Of a stretch of 64,000 nucleotides of DNA, positions 25,101 through 37,689 are shown piece after piece. Below the pieces are notes generated by a model. That model saw nothing but the letters and a program-made list of their open reading frames with translations, was not told where the DNA came from and searched no databases. How positions within the stretch are numbered: position 1 is the stretch's first letter; the number at the start of each line of letters is the position of its first letter. This DNA comes from the human T2T-CHM13v2.0 reference genome, Homo sapiens. The position numbers and the translations under genes were made by a program. Location: the NCBI RefSeq assembly GCF_009914755.1, contig NC_060925.1; one strand, 5' to 3'.

Positions 25101-26872
25101 TGATCATACTGTATACATTAATGACCAGACATATCTGGCCACCTGTCTTCCCAGCTTACTGATCTCATTGATGAGCAATGTCAGGCTTCCTCCTTGCAAC
25201 TTGTATCTCAAGATGATTAAAAGCTAGCTTTTTTTTTTTTAGCAGTTTGAAGTCTGTTTTTCAGTGAATTGGTAATATCACATACTGCACAAAGAGAGAA
25301 TGTACCAGTCACCTGCTCAGCTTTATGGCACAGAAAGTGTGAAAAACAGGTACAGGAGTTAACGTACTCAGAGTGACAGCTTTCGAGCTCTTGCATATGC
25401 TTCTTTAGTCATTACTTTTTCTAAGGAAAGAATGCTAAAATGCAGAGCTGAGTGTCATCTTCTAATTTCAGTTCAGGCCCTTACTTAATAGGTCAAAGCC
25501 AAAGTAAAACCAAAGTGAAGAACAACACAGGGCATTGAACTGGGCACAAGCTATCTTGAAGAATGCACAAGCCAGGGGTGGTGCCCTCTGGGGACAGAAG
25601 AGGAGGATTAGAAGTGAGAAGGAGAACTACTTTCACTGGATTCTCTTTTGTTCCAGCTGAACATTTTACTTGATGCCCACATTACTTTAATAACAAGAAC
25701 AACAACGATAACAACTTAGAGATAACTGAATCGTGTTTGCCCCCTCCCAGTGCTGTAACAACCCACATCCATCCCAAAGGTCTGCCCTAGTGAAATGGTG
25801 CAGTGGCAAAGGTTGTGTTCCAGAGTCCCAGACCCTCACTCTTTGCTCCTCGTGCCTCATGGGGATCCCTCTTCACCCCTGTCCTCTCAACTTCAGCCAG
25901 TGTCCTCAGGTTTCACCCTGTCTGAGCGAGTTTCCGAGAAACCATCTGATCTAGTGAATATAAATAAATAACAACAGTTTTGCTTCTATACATACACATC
26001 AAAAAAAAGTGTCAGATTGAAACAGTCCATTCAAAACCTCATTGTGAGAACACTGAAAACAAATTGGCCTGTATTAAACAATCAGCTGGAGAAGATGACT
26101 ATGCATGTTTTCTGTTCAGGGGAAGAGGAGTATCTAGGCAGGGAAGTGAAGGACAGCTGAGATCATGGACACAAGGGTTAGCAAGTTTATGGGATCCTGT
26201 GCTAGAGACCAGCCCACTGGGTACCAGGTTGAGAGTGACCCAACACATCTCTGGGTGGAGGGCTGACAGAACAATATCCTGGCCCCCAGCCCCTCCTGAC
26301 ATTGCTGGTGTCTGCTCGAACCCTAAGCACAGTGACGCACATAAAACACTGACACTAGATATCTTCAAGGAAATGGTACAGCCATTTCATCAAGCAGGAC
26401 CCTGGACTAGTGAAAATGTGCTCTGCAAGGTTCTTTGAATGCTTTCCGTGAGGTTGCTCTAACTTTAGACTGATTTTACTACTTTTCTGTGTTCTCAATG
26501 CCCTATTTTTGATACTGCTGTGAACCCAAATTTTCTTCTTCTATTCACATATACATGCATTAGAACACAGTAAGACGAAAGATTGCCTACTTTGAGAATT
26601 AAAATTTTCACCTTTAGGTGGTTAGTAAGGCCAAACTCATTAATCTTCTATTTGCTGTATTCTGCAGTATAATTACATGGCACCAACCAGTGAAATTGCT
26701 GGTGAAAGGCCTATATTATGACTCCAGGGCTATTCTGCATGCCCATGTCATTCTGCAAAAACGGTGGCATCAGAATACTGGCTCCCATTACTAAACAATT
26801 CTAGTAAGCATCTACTTTAAGACATCTGTTTTGTGTCCATCTGGGAAATTATTACATTAAGATTAAGTATCA

Positions 26873-26982
26873 TGCTGTTTTGCAAAATGTGAACATACTT
26901 AATACCACTGAACTATATACTTAAAAATAGTTAAGATCATAAATTTCATATTATGTATTTTTACCACAATAAAATTTTTTTA
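26873..26982 (+). mobile_element. Very short L1MB 3' end with TSD
   Basis: gtgaacatacttaataccactgaactatatacttaaaaatagttaagat..tatgtatttttaccacaataaaa; flanked by aagattaagtatca (26859-26872) and aagattaagcatca (26983-26996). Confidence 0.8.
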
Positions 26983-27217
26983 AAGATTAAGCATCACTGA
27001 TTTTCCCCCAAGTTAGAAACATGTTTATTGCTTTTGCTGGATTTAGAGTAATAAATATCTGCTTTATGAAATCTAACACCAGAAAACAGTACAAAGCAAT
27101 AAATGAAAGTCCTTTTCATAATCTTCCCTGACCAGGATATTCACTCTTAGCCATTTTGCATGTACTTTTGGAGATATCTGTTCTACACAAACCTTAATGA
27201 GAGCATATAGCATGCTG

Positions 27218-27720
27218 CATCAGACTTATTTTGTTTCAAGTGACAAAATCTAACTCAAACTAGCTTGAACATAAAAGATCTCACATAACTAACTCCAGGT
27301 GTACATCTAGCTAACTTCAGGCATAGGTTGATCCAGACTCAAATGGTACCACCAGGACTTGGTTTCTATCCATCTCTCACCTGGGCCATTCTCAGACTCC
27401 ACATGGTAACCTCCAGCAGCTCCAGGCTCACAGCCCTTTGAATTACATTCCAGCAACAAAAGGCAGAGAATCCCTTCCTGCTAATTCTTATACAAGTCTT
27501 ATGATTTGTATAGACCAAACATGGTTCTAACCAATCAATATGACCAGGAAAATGAAATATTCTGATTGGCCAGGTTTGAGTCTCACGGCACCCGTAGAGC
27601 CAGCTGTCAAGTCAACTCCTTTCTAAAAAACTCACTCATAGGGGAAGCCTGCAGAAAATCAGGGACTATTAAAGGAAGGGTGAATGAATGCTGATAAGCA
27701 AAAACATCAAATGTCCCCAA
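27218..27720 (-). mobile_element. MLT1K/J-like old MaLR LTR
   Basis: tcaagtgacaaaatctaactcaaactagcttgaacataaaag..cttcaggcataggttgatccagactcaaatg..ctgattggccaggtttgagtc..gaatgctga. Confidence 0.7.
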
Positions 27721-27747
27721 TACATTTTCTTCTTTCATCTTTGGCAT

Positions 27748-28729
27748 CAGGGCCAGCTACATAATCTGTGGGGCCCAGTGCAAAAGGAAAATATGGGGCT
27801 TCTTGTTCAAAGGCAGTAAAAAAAAAAAAAAAAGATGCTAAGTCTACTAAAATATAAAGCTCTTTCCATCTTTCTGCAGCCTCTTCTTCAACTTACCATG
27901 GTATTTTTTTGTTATGTAATGTAAAGAAAAAATCTAAATTTGACTTATTAGCATGAACTTTACCATTCATCATTATGTTGTTTTTAAATCCAAATATGAA
28001 CCTTTTAATTCATATGTGGAATCACTACAATTACAATTGATATTTTGTAGTTCATGCATGCACATGTATTTCAGTCGTAGCAGAACTCGACTGTTTTCAA
28101 TTCACTTTCTGATATGTGCATCTTCTACAACGCTTCCTACCTTCAGCTTACTGATGAGTAAAGTAAGATTTAAAGAAAAAGTAATTATATGTTGCCTTTC
28201 TTACCCTTTACTTCTTTGTCATCGTTTTCAGCATAAGTGCTTGCCAAATACACAGAAGTACAACAAGTATGAAAGAATATGATAGGGTTTCTTGAACATT
28301 CTTGTCTCTTAGAATGTCGTTGTCTTCTTTCTTATTCAAAGCAAGTTCTGGTTGAGTGAACAAAGTGGCCTCTTGGGGCTGTCAGGGACCCCATTTGCTG
28401 AATAATAGATGGAACTCCCTTACCTTTTATTCACTTTGGCCTCCCACGCATCGTGGGTCCATGGGAATTCTGTGCCCACGGACATCGAAAATGCTATGTG
28501 CAAATGGGGTGGCAAAGAATGGCAGACATGCATATTGCATGTATCTTCTTGGCTCATGCACATGCGCCACTGTCCCATCAGACTAAACTTACAAAACATG
28601 ACTTTAAAGATAAAATTCTTAAGAATTTCAAGATAGTGACAATCAATCATTAAACCAAGCATGGGGCCCTTCTGAGCACAGGGCTCTTTGCAACTCTGCA
28701 CAGATCACACACCCATGAAGCTGGCCCTG
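27748..28729 (+). mobile_element. MER45B/C-like hAT-Tip100 DNA transposon, near full length
   Basis: Terminal inverted repeats cagggccagctacat (27748) and atgaagctggccctg (ends 28729); ggggcccagtgcaaaa and catggggcccttctgagcacaggg subterminal motifs; TSD no longer visible. Confidence 0.85.
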
Positions 28730-28959
28730 GGTCTCAATAAACTAAATCAAACTATTTAAATAACCAAAAGTGACTCTAAAGTTCTGCAAAAAGACTGAGA
28801 TATGGTTAAGGAAACCCACTTCTCAGAAAGAAAGGGCATTCTACATAGAGCAGTGGCAACAGTTATTAAGGTAAAAACAAAAAAAAAACAAAAACAAAAA
28901 ACAAAAAAAAAAACAGGAACCATTTCAAGTGTCTGCCCTACATTTTATGACTACTCATT

Positions 28960-29400
28960 TCAACCTATCACACATGTAAAAATCATTCATTTTTAATGGT
29001 TTTATAGTATTCCATTGTCTGCACTACAGTTTAACAGTCCCATATTAACATTTAAGCTCTTTCCAACTTTCTGTAGGACTTTCATGACTATTCTTGAACA
29101 CTTACTTGATTATTTTCTTAAGATAAATTTCTAAGAGTAGAATTGCTGAGTCAAGATGCATGTTTTAAATTTTTATACTCATTGCCAGACTGCCTTTTAA
29201 AATGGCACACTAGTTCACTAGTACTATAACAGTGTATGAGAAAGCCTATTTTTTCCATACTCAGCACTGGATATTACCATTCTTTTTCATCTTTGCCAAT
29301 CTGAATGATGAAAAATGATATTTCTGCACATTTCTTGAACTATGGATGAGGATGAGCATTCTTTTTATGGTTACTGTTCAAATTCATTTTTAACATTTCT
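28960..29400 (-). mobile_element. L1ME-type fragment
   Basis: tagtattccattgt..aagagtagaattgctgagtcaag..cagtgtatgagaaagcctatttt..tttgccaatctgaatgatgaaaaatgatat; reverse L1 ORF2 end. Confidence 0.75.
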
Positions 29401-29514
29401 GAACATTCAAATTCTACTGAAGGCCCCTGTCCCATTCTCTATGACAGATGAAAGAAAAAAAATGAATTGAAGCAATATGTTATTATTTCCTACCAAAATG
29501 AGTGCTAATAATAA

Positions 29515-29735
29515 CAGCAAACATTTATTACGTGCTTACTATATACCAAGCACTTTATGCACATTTCTCTTTAAAGTCTCACACTCTCATTGAATCAAAA
29601 AAAATCTTGAGGATGATTATTATCCCCATCTTACAGAGGAAAAAAACAGCGATTTGGAAAGCTTAACTAACGTATGTGGCAGAGTAAGGACCCAGTGGGA
29701 ACACAGATCTACCTGAAGCCAAAGTCTGCTATACG
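29515..29735 (-). mobile_element. MIR SINE
   Basis: aacatttattacgtgcttactatataccaagcact..ttattatccccatcttacagagga..ggcagagtaaggacc. Confidence 0.8.
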
Positions 29736-32539
29736 ACTATGTTTCTAAATTCAATCTGATGTTTTTAATTTTCATATTAAGATGGCAAGCAGTCCTGCAT
29801 CTGGTTGAATTAGAGCATAAAATAATCCTTAGCCACAGAATGACATTGTCTAATACCTAGCAAACCCTGAGGATATTAACCAAAAGGAAGAATGTTACCC
29901 AAACTCTATGTGCCTGGCCAGGAGCTGAAAGCAACTAGGAAAGCTGAGTGTGCATCACTCATCTTGAAGCCTCATAAAAGAAAGGAAATTGTATTTGCAA
30001 GTCCAATTTCTGAATGTTTGAGGAAGCCTCGCAGGAACACTGCAGTGAGGAGTTAAAATGAGGGCCCTGAGAGGGGATGTGGATAATATAGTGTGTGGGG
30101 CTCTCTACTGCAGGGTATGTAAATACTTTATACACTAATTCAATTACATTTTCAGATTATGCAGGAAGACTGATTTAAGCAACAGTTCACACTGCTGCCC
30201 CATCACCCATGCATGCATGCAGGAGAACAGAGTTAAGAGACCTGGGTCGACCTTAACTCTGTATTTCTTGACTTTTATGGGCATAAGTTGGAACTTTAAT
30301 GTTTTATTAATGTCGAGTTTTTGGAGTTGGTATTCAAAATGTTTCAAGCAAAGATATGACAGATCTCAAATACCTGGAACCTGTTCACATTGGCAGGTAG
30401 TAAAAAAAAAGTCCACTATCTTAGACAAATTATTGACCAAAGAACTCAGTGGGATTATTTTGCTTAAATTATTATATAAAGGATTATGATGCCACAAAAA
30501 GTGAAAATATTTAACTTGCAATTATTTATATATTGGCATGGATAATGTACATACTTATGAACTTTTGAAAGTCCCTGTTCCAATGTATAATTAAATACGT
30601 TCTTAAATTGATCATCTTCAGCAAATGGGCAATAAGGAGCTATGAATAAGATTTGCTCAAAGCACAAAGGAAATGAGCTAATTCTTGCATGTGCCTCAAA
30701 AAGTAAAGAAATTATAGTGTCTTCCTTTTTATTTGTATCATGTATTGATTTACGCAAGAAGTCCCTTCCAAAACCTTAAGGCGCTGATTGTATTTATTGT
30801 TTTCTAGAAGAAAATTCAAAGATAAGCCAAGGTTGCAATTTTCAGTAATAAAAACTTTTCTGTCAGACTGGTTCTCTTCTATTTTAAAAGGTTTATCCTC
30901 TGGAAAATAGTGAGATTTATGTAATAATTTTCTGAGGGAAGAGGGTGGAGTTACATTGAGAGTTTATTTCACCTTTTTTGCATCTGAATAAATAAATGTA
31001 TTTGGTGACATGTATTTTCCTTGAAAATATTATTTAATGACAGATTCCCTTTTGAAAGGCCAAGGATCAATGTGCTGTAAAAATTTTAATCAGATTGTTA
31101 ACCATTAATGAGTGTTAACACGTTTTCTCAGTGTTACTTGTGTTTTTGCCAACGTTTATATGACTTGCTTTACCTCTTTCCCAGTTCATTTGCAATTTTC
31201 ACAGGTTTTATTAGGGAGATTTTTATTTTTCCAGAAACCGAAGATTTTAGGTTACACGTTTCCATATTCATAAATGTCTTGACTATGAAGAATAAAGTGA
31301 AAAAAGATTAAAACTGGGCAAAAATACTGCTTATAAAACAGTCATTCAGGAATAATCATATCAACTAAAGCAACTGCTTGTGCAAAGACAAAGGGGGCCA
31401 AATCCTGTCCTTGGATGTGCACACACAGCTCCTATTAGCCGTTGAAAACAGCTACGTGAGTGTAGCCAAGGACAGTGTTTAGCCCAATTTGGTCTAATTT
31501 ATCCAGACCACTGCAGCCATGAAAGATAAAGACAGATTATAAGACATTTTGCATGTCAGTACAGTAGTATGCTTTGTGTTTTTCCAATCCCCAGGGTTTC
31601 CTAGATCAGGCCAAATGTCAGTGACTGCATCCGAGAAGTTTGAAAAGTATATAGAGCAAATTTATATACTTTGCAATGCTACTTGCCATAGTTGGCAGCC
31701 CTATCTCAGAGGATGCATTCTTTCAGTGTTGGGGTCCAGACTATAGCAAATTAAATTTACCAAAAAGAAACAGCCTTAGTCATGTGCAAACAAAAATAAA
31801 TGCTAAAACAGAAATAGAAGAACATTTGTTTTAAACAATTTTTTAAGATACCAGTCAAGAGATATTGAACTATGTGTTTTACTCAGAATGGGGCCGTAAG
31901 TCATAGGACTGGCTTTGTAAAAGCCAGTGCTTAGAAGATTGGTGAAAGAGTCATCAATTCCCCACCAAATTGGTGCCTCTGTGCACTATACATATCTTGA
32001 ATATCAAATAACTTATCTTTCTTATACAATATTATAGAAATTATCCAGTAATGGGACCACCATTCCCCTATTTTTTCTTTCACTGACATTTCACAGAGAG
32101 AAAGAAAAAAATGATTTGGCAAACTCCTTTGTAAATCCATGTCAAACAGCACACTGCCAAATATGTTCTGTTTATTGAAGTTAATGGATACCCAGGGATA
32201 TTTGCTCTTGTGGTGGACACTTATTTGACACTTCTTATTCGCTGGCAACTTTTGAATGCTTCTTGTCTGCTTCATGTGTCTGGTAACCCAATCCAGGGCT
32301 TCTTACATGAGTAAAACTCCTATTGATGTCAACAAAATACTTGACATGAGTATAAGATGTATCACTAAGGCCATCTCAAAACTTTTGGGGACATGTCAAG
32401 AACAGATTAAGGGAGAAAGAGAGATTTATGAGTAATTTGTCAAATTTCACAAAATGTAAGCTGATATTTTATGTAAATGTTATACCATTCTCTAGAGAAA
32501 GAAACATTTCAAATTCCATAAATCTGACATGCTGATGGA

Positions 32540-32540
<1 letters not shown>

Positions 32541-32581
<41 letters not shown>
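32541..32581. repeat. (TG)20 microsatellite
   Basis: Uninterrupted TG x20. Confidence 0.98.
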
Positions 32582-32583
<2 letters not shown>

Positions 32584-33689
32584 GGAAGGGAATACACACA
32601 TGTGTGCATCACACAGTTATACAGTTATACTATGTGCTTAGACCTGTCAGGTTTAATCTATAGCAGTAGTTCTGCAAACGGCTTAACAAGCTAAAAAAAA
32701 AATAAAGAACAAAAATGTTTAAACTTTTGGCCAAAATAAAGCAACTGAATGTGGTTTTAAATTGTCCACACCATGCTTTGCTCTTTTCTGGAGATGACAA
32801 TGAATTCAACATGCCCATAAAATTCCAGAGAAGGTACAGATTAATAATGATGTTGGCAGCATGATGAGTGGAAAGTTTGGGGAGACTGCAGTAAAAATAT
32901 CAAGCTATATCCTTCCTTTTTCCCTAAGAGAAGTAACATCCAAGAGCCTACATGGTTCTTTTCTTTCTTTCCCCTTGAATTTGCAAAAGTTGATTGGAAA
33001 AGTCTGCTCCTGGTTTTAAGGCTGAAGTTGGTCATCCGGACCATGGATAATTGCAAGATAAAGGTCTGTGATGCACAGCTTGTGAAACAGGAACCAAAAT
33101 CAATGCAGATGATATACTGGGAACTTCATACTCCAAAGGCACAGGGAGTTAGACAAAGTTTCAGGCAGTAAAGGGTTAACAATCCAAAGTTAAACCAAAG
33201 AAGGCTGAGAGTCAAGAAACTGGGTTGTCTGAGAAAGGGTGCTTGCCTCCTCTGAGACATCAGCCACTAGCATCATCCCAAATAATTTGTTCATTCACTG
33301 CTTCTGCTTTTTGCTGGGCTTGTGTAGCCCTGGAACTACAGGAAGAAAAGGAATGAAAGGACTCTTCTGCTTGGTACAAGGACAATTGTGCTAACATTAT
33401 CAGGTCATTTTGATGGTGCCACTCTAGTGAATTGAACAATTCAGCACTCTGAGGCAGTCCCCTAAAGGTCATCATCACGTAGATCTAATTACAGTGGCAA
33501 TTACATGACAAGGAATATGGACACCTGGAATTTTCTTTCTCCACTCTGCGGCTTGCATATTTTTTCCCAGTTTCTCAATCTGTGCATTGAAGTTAATAAT
33601 AATTAATGTACTAAAGTATCTTGAGCTTCAGGGGGAAAGTTTGAGAATTATGTAGATAGAAGTGCTATTGTTTATAACAACAACAATAA

Positions 33690-33930
33690 TAGCAATACTA
33701 GCTTCCACATATTAAACACAAACCATGTGCTCCATAACATACTAGGTAGTTCACACAATATTTCATATTCATAAAAATTCTAGGAAGTGGGTTTATTATC
33801 CAAGTCATACAGATTTTTTTTAATTATGGGTTCAGAGAGAGTAAAAAATTTTCCCCGCTTCATACAAGTAATTCAAGGTATAAGCAGAGTTGTTATATTT
33901 GCATAAAAACTGGACTCCAGGTTTGTGCTT
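33690..33930 (-). mobile_element. MIR SINE
   Basis: taggaagtgggtttattatcc..catacaga..gggttcagagaga..ctggactccagg. Confidence 0.65.
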
Positions 33931-34761
33931 ATCAGCTCTTGGGTTAATATGGAACCAGGGTCAAATCCTCACCAAGAAGAAGGTTGATTTTTATTTGTAT
34001 GTCCACCCTTTCTGAAAGTCATCAGAAAGATTCCTGGTTCCACATATATAAATGTGTCTGTTACCTTTTCTCAGTACCCTTGTGATTACAAGTGCTTTCT
34101 TCTCCTTGTAACATTAGGTATCATGGATATCTTCGTTTCTGTTTTTGTTTCTCTAAAAAATAAGAAGAAATGGATAAATACTCACAATATGTTTGTATCC
34201 ACAAATGAAGCTGAATTGAAATTGGTAATAAATGGTCTCTCAAATATTGTTTTCATTTGCTAGTGCTATACCTAATGACTGACAATTTCCTCATCTTTAT
34301 TCTCAAACAAGCTCAATGGCATTGGTGTTCTGAGCATTGTATGAAAGAAAGACAAGTCCGGATTTTTTTTTTTATTTGACTGGTAAACTGATTTTACAAG
34401 ATTGGCAATTTGTATTCACATCCTGATATTCTTTGGGAACTCATCAGGGCCTCAGTACACCAAACAAGGTGATAATACAAAAGCAAAGAACTGTTAACTA
34501 TTTCTTGTATCACCAAATGTTCCCAATATCCTACACAACAAACTGGTACTTTGTGAGTTGAATTTTTAAAGTCATCCTTGAAACTTTTTCTTTAGGCATT
34601 TTTTTTCCTTATGCTAAACTTTTTGAAAAAAGAAAACTCACTAATGTTTAATTAGAGTATTTTTCCAACTCTATCTGTCTCTATGACCTACACCCCTGCT
34701 GAGTCATATTGGTCAAGGCCATCTCTCCTGTGGAGTATCTCCTTCAGCCCTCCAAGGCTGC

Positions 34762-35164
34762 TGTGTTAGGCCGTTCTTGCATTGCTATAAAGAAATACCT
34801 GAGGCTGAGCAATTTATAAAGACCTTTAATTGGCTCATGGTTCTATAGGGTGTACAGGTGTGGCATGAGCATCTGCTCAGCTTCTGGCCTCAGGAAGCTT
34901 ACAGTCATGGCAGAAGGTGAAAGGGGAGCAGACACATCGCATGGCAAGAGAAGGAGCAAGAGAGAGAGAGAGAGGAGGGGGCCAGCCTCTTTTAAACAAA
35001 TGGCTTTTGCATGAACTCGCTCATTACCAAAGGGATGGCCTTGAGCCATTCATTAGGGATCTGCCCCGTGATCCAAACCTCTGCCCCATGATCTGCTCCA
35101 CCTCCATCCTTAGGGATTACATTTCAACAGGAGATATGGAGGGGCAAACATCCAAACTATATCA
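34762..35164 (-). mobile_element. MSTB-like MaLR solo LTR
   Basis: tgtgttaggccgttcttgcattgctataaagaaatacctgag...caaacatccaaactatatca; TG..CA ends and 5-bp TSD gctgc (34757-34761, 35165-35169). Confidence 0.93.
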
Positions 35165-35891
35165 GCTGCCTTTCAGGAAAAGAGAAAAATTGGTATCTGA
35201 AGCTCTCTGAGCATATGAGAAGAGCATTTGGTTCATACGAGAAGAGATCACCACCCCCATCTCTCCTCTTTTTGCCATTTTACTCCTTTGTCTGCCAAAG
35301 TACACAGCAACAAGAAGTTCCAAGAAGACAGGAACCTGGCATGCCTTATCCAACATCCTATTCCTAGTGCACAGAATAGTATCTGAGAACCTGACAGATG
35401 CTCATTAAATATGTATTAAATAAATAAAAAGTCATATCTGAATATGGGGGCTATCAAGGAATTTTGATTATCCAAAATGAAAAGTTTTGATTCTCCATTC
35501 CTCGGGATCAGAAATCATAAGTGCTTGGTATGATTACAACAGGTTCACACTGCCTCCTCTCTCCTTCCTCAGAGCTAAAAATCTGTCTCTATAATTGTTT
35601 CTGGTCACAAAATTATATACGTATATTTTGCACCATTGGGACATTATTATCTGGGCATCTTGGCTACTGAAGACTGATCCTTTCCCCATTCAACATAGTA
35701 GGTTTGGGTAGAAGGGTGGAAAGGTTAAAAAACAAATCTAAAACTTCAGTACGTAACAAATGAAAGATATAAGATAAAATTATAGGACACTTTCTGGAAA
35801 AAGTTAAGCCCAACACTACTGATTAATTTACAATATGACATTATAGTGGTGTCTAATTTGTTATATAACTTTTCCCAATTTAAAATAGGAA

Positions 35892-36504
35892 TGTATTAAA
35901 TAGAATTTCTAAAATGTCCCATTCTAATCTCCAGACTGTGAATATGACAAAATATCACGCCCATAAATATATTACATCACATGGCAAAAGGAGCTTTGTA
36001 GATGTAATTTAGGTTGCTAATCAGTTGGCCCTAAAATTAGAAGATCACCCTGGATTATGCCAGTGGTCCCAATGTAATCATATGAGTCCTAAAAATCTGA
36101 GAACATAGTCAAAGGGTGAAATCTAAGAGAATCAAAACCACACTTGCCATGGCTGGTTTGAAGAGGGAGGAGGCCAGGTGAAGAGAAATTTGAGTGGTCT
36201 TTAGCAGCTAACAGCAGCCCCCAGTTGACAGCCAGCAAGGACAGAGGGACTTCCATCCTACAACTGCAAGGAACTAAATTTTGCCAACAACCAAACAACC
36301 TTAGAATGGAATCTTCCCAGAGCTTCCATATAAGAGGCTAGCTCAGCCAATACCTTGATTTCAGCTTTGTGATACACTGAACATAGAACCCAGTCAAGCC
36401 ATCCTGGACTTTTGATCTGTAGAAACTGTGAAATAATAAATTTGTGTTGTTTTAAGCCTCTAAGTTTGTGGTAATTTTTACAGCAGCAATGGAAAGCTAA
36501 TAAA
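35892..36504 (+). mobile_element. MLT1E-like MaLR LTR
   Basis: atggcaaaaggagctttgtagatgtaatt..ccctggattat..cctacaactgcaaggaactaaattttgccaacaacc..aataaatttgtgttgttttaagcctctaagtttgtggtaattt..cagcagcaatggaaagctaata. Confidence 0.88.
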
Positions 36505-36934
36505 GGGAATGATAGAGTATCTGGCTTCACATCCTTAAAAATAAATATTTATAAAGAGTTTAAACATAAGAATAAATTTTTACTTGCAGGGTATTTTTTT
36601 AATGTTCAAACTGGGAAGCATTCTTTATGGTTCTATAATGAATGGAAGGGTGAGAGGGGTGGGGAAGATAATCCGACAGAGGTATATGCTAAAAATTAAT
36701 ATCAAACATTACCCAGGGAAGTTGAGTCACTCAGTCAACCAGCCTTGATTGTTTATCTGTTATCCACAAAACATCAAGCTGAGCAATGGAGATAGAGATT
36801 AATCAAATACAGTCCTAGTTATAGACCCTATTCTATAACAGAAAAATAACATGAAATGTGAGAAACGCTATCATTTTTATGGGTAAGTGTGCCACGATAG
36901 GATAGAAAGGAACTGAAGATAATTGAAAGGGATA

Positions 36935-37680
36935 GCTCAATCCATTACCAAGTCTTTTCCATTATTGTTCTTTCATGTCACTAAAACCCACCACTTATTT
37001 TTACCTCTATATATCCATATTACCACTCTATGGGATCAGACCAAGGCCATCTTGCCTAGATTTCTGCCACAGCCTTTTAACCCAACTTCCTGCCACCACT
37101 CTTACCATCACCAAATTCATTATCGCAGCAACCAGAGTGATATTTCCAGAATATGACTGTGATGATATTACTCCTCTGTATAATATTAACATTTTTCAGT
37201 AGTTTCTCATTGCCTTTATACAATTTCCAAACTCTTTAAAAATGGCTCATGTGGCCTTCCATGACCTGGTCCCTGCCTCCTGTCCAGCCCATTTCTTACA
37301 ATACACACCCTAACCCCTGTGCTCCAATCACACTGAACTCCTTGAAGTTATCTGAACATTCCTGTCCTCTCTCCTTTGAATTTTGGTAGAATTGCTCCTT
37401 CTTCCTGGAACTCTCACCCTTGGCCCCACATGACCTAGACTGTTCCTAATCATCCCTCAAGCTTCTGTCTAGAAGTAAGTCCTCTTTGACCCCCACAAGC
37501 ATAGGAGTGAGTATTTTCCATGTGTAGACTTTACATCATGAATTGTATTTGCCTATTTACTTGTCTTTCTTCTACCCTACATTGTAATATCTGTGCGGGC
37601 AGAGACCGTGTTCCACTCCCCTTTGTATCTCAAGAATCGGAGTAGTAGATAATCAGTAAAAATATGCATACTGATAAGTG
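36935..37680 (+). mobile_element. L2 LINE 3' portion
   Basis: caatccattaccaagtctt..gcagcaaccagagtgatattt..ggccttccatgacctggtccctgcct..gggcagagaccgtg. Confidence 0.8.
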
Positions 37681-37689
37681 TGCTGGAAG

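Noticed and set aside
25980-26438. 152-aa ORF
   Set aside because: TTG start, no recognisable domain and no exon signals; consistent with chance.
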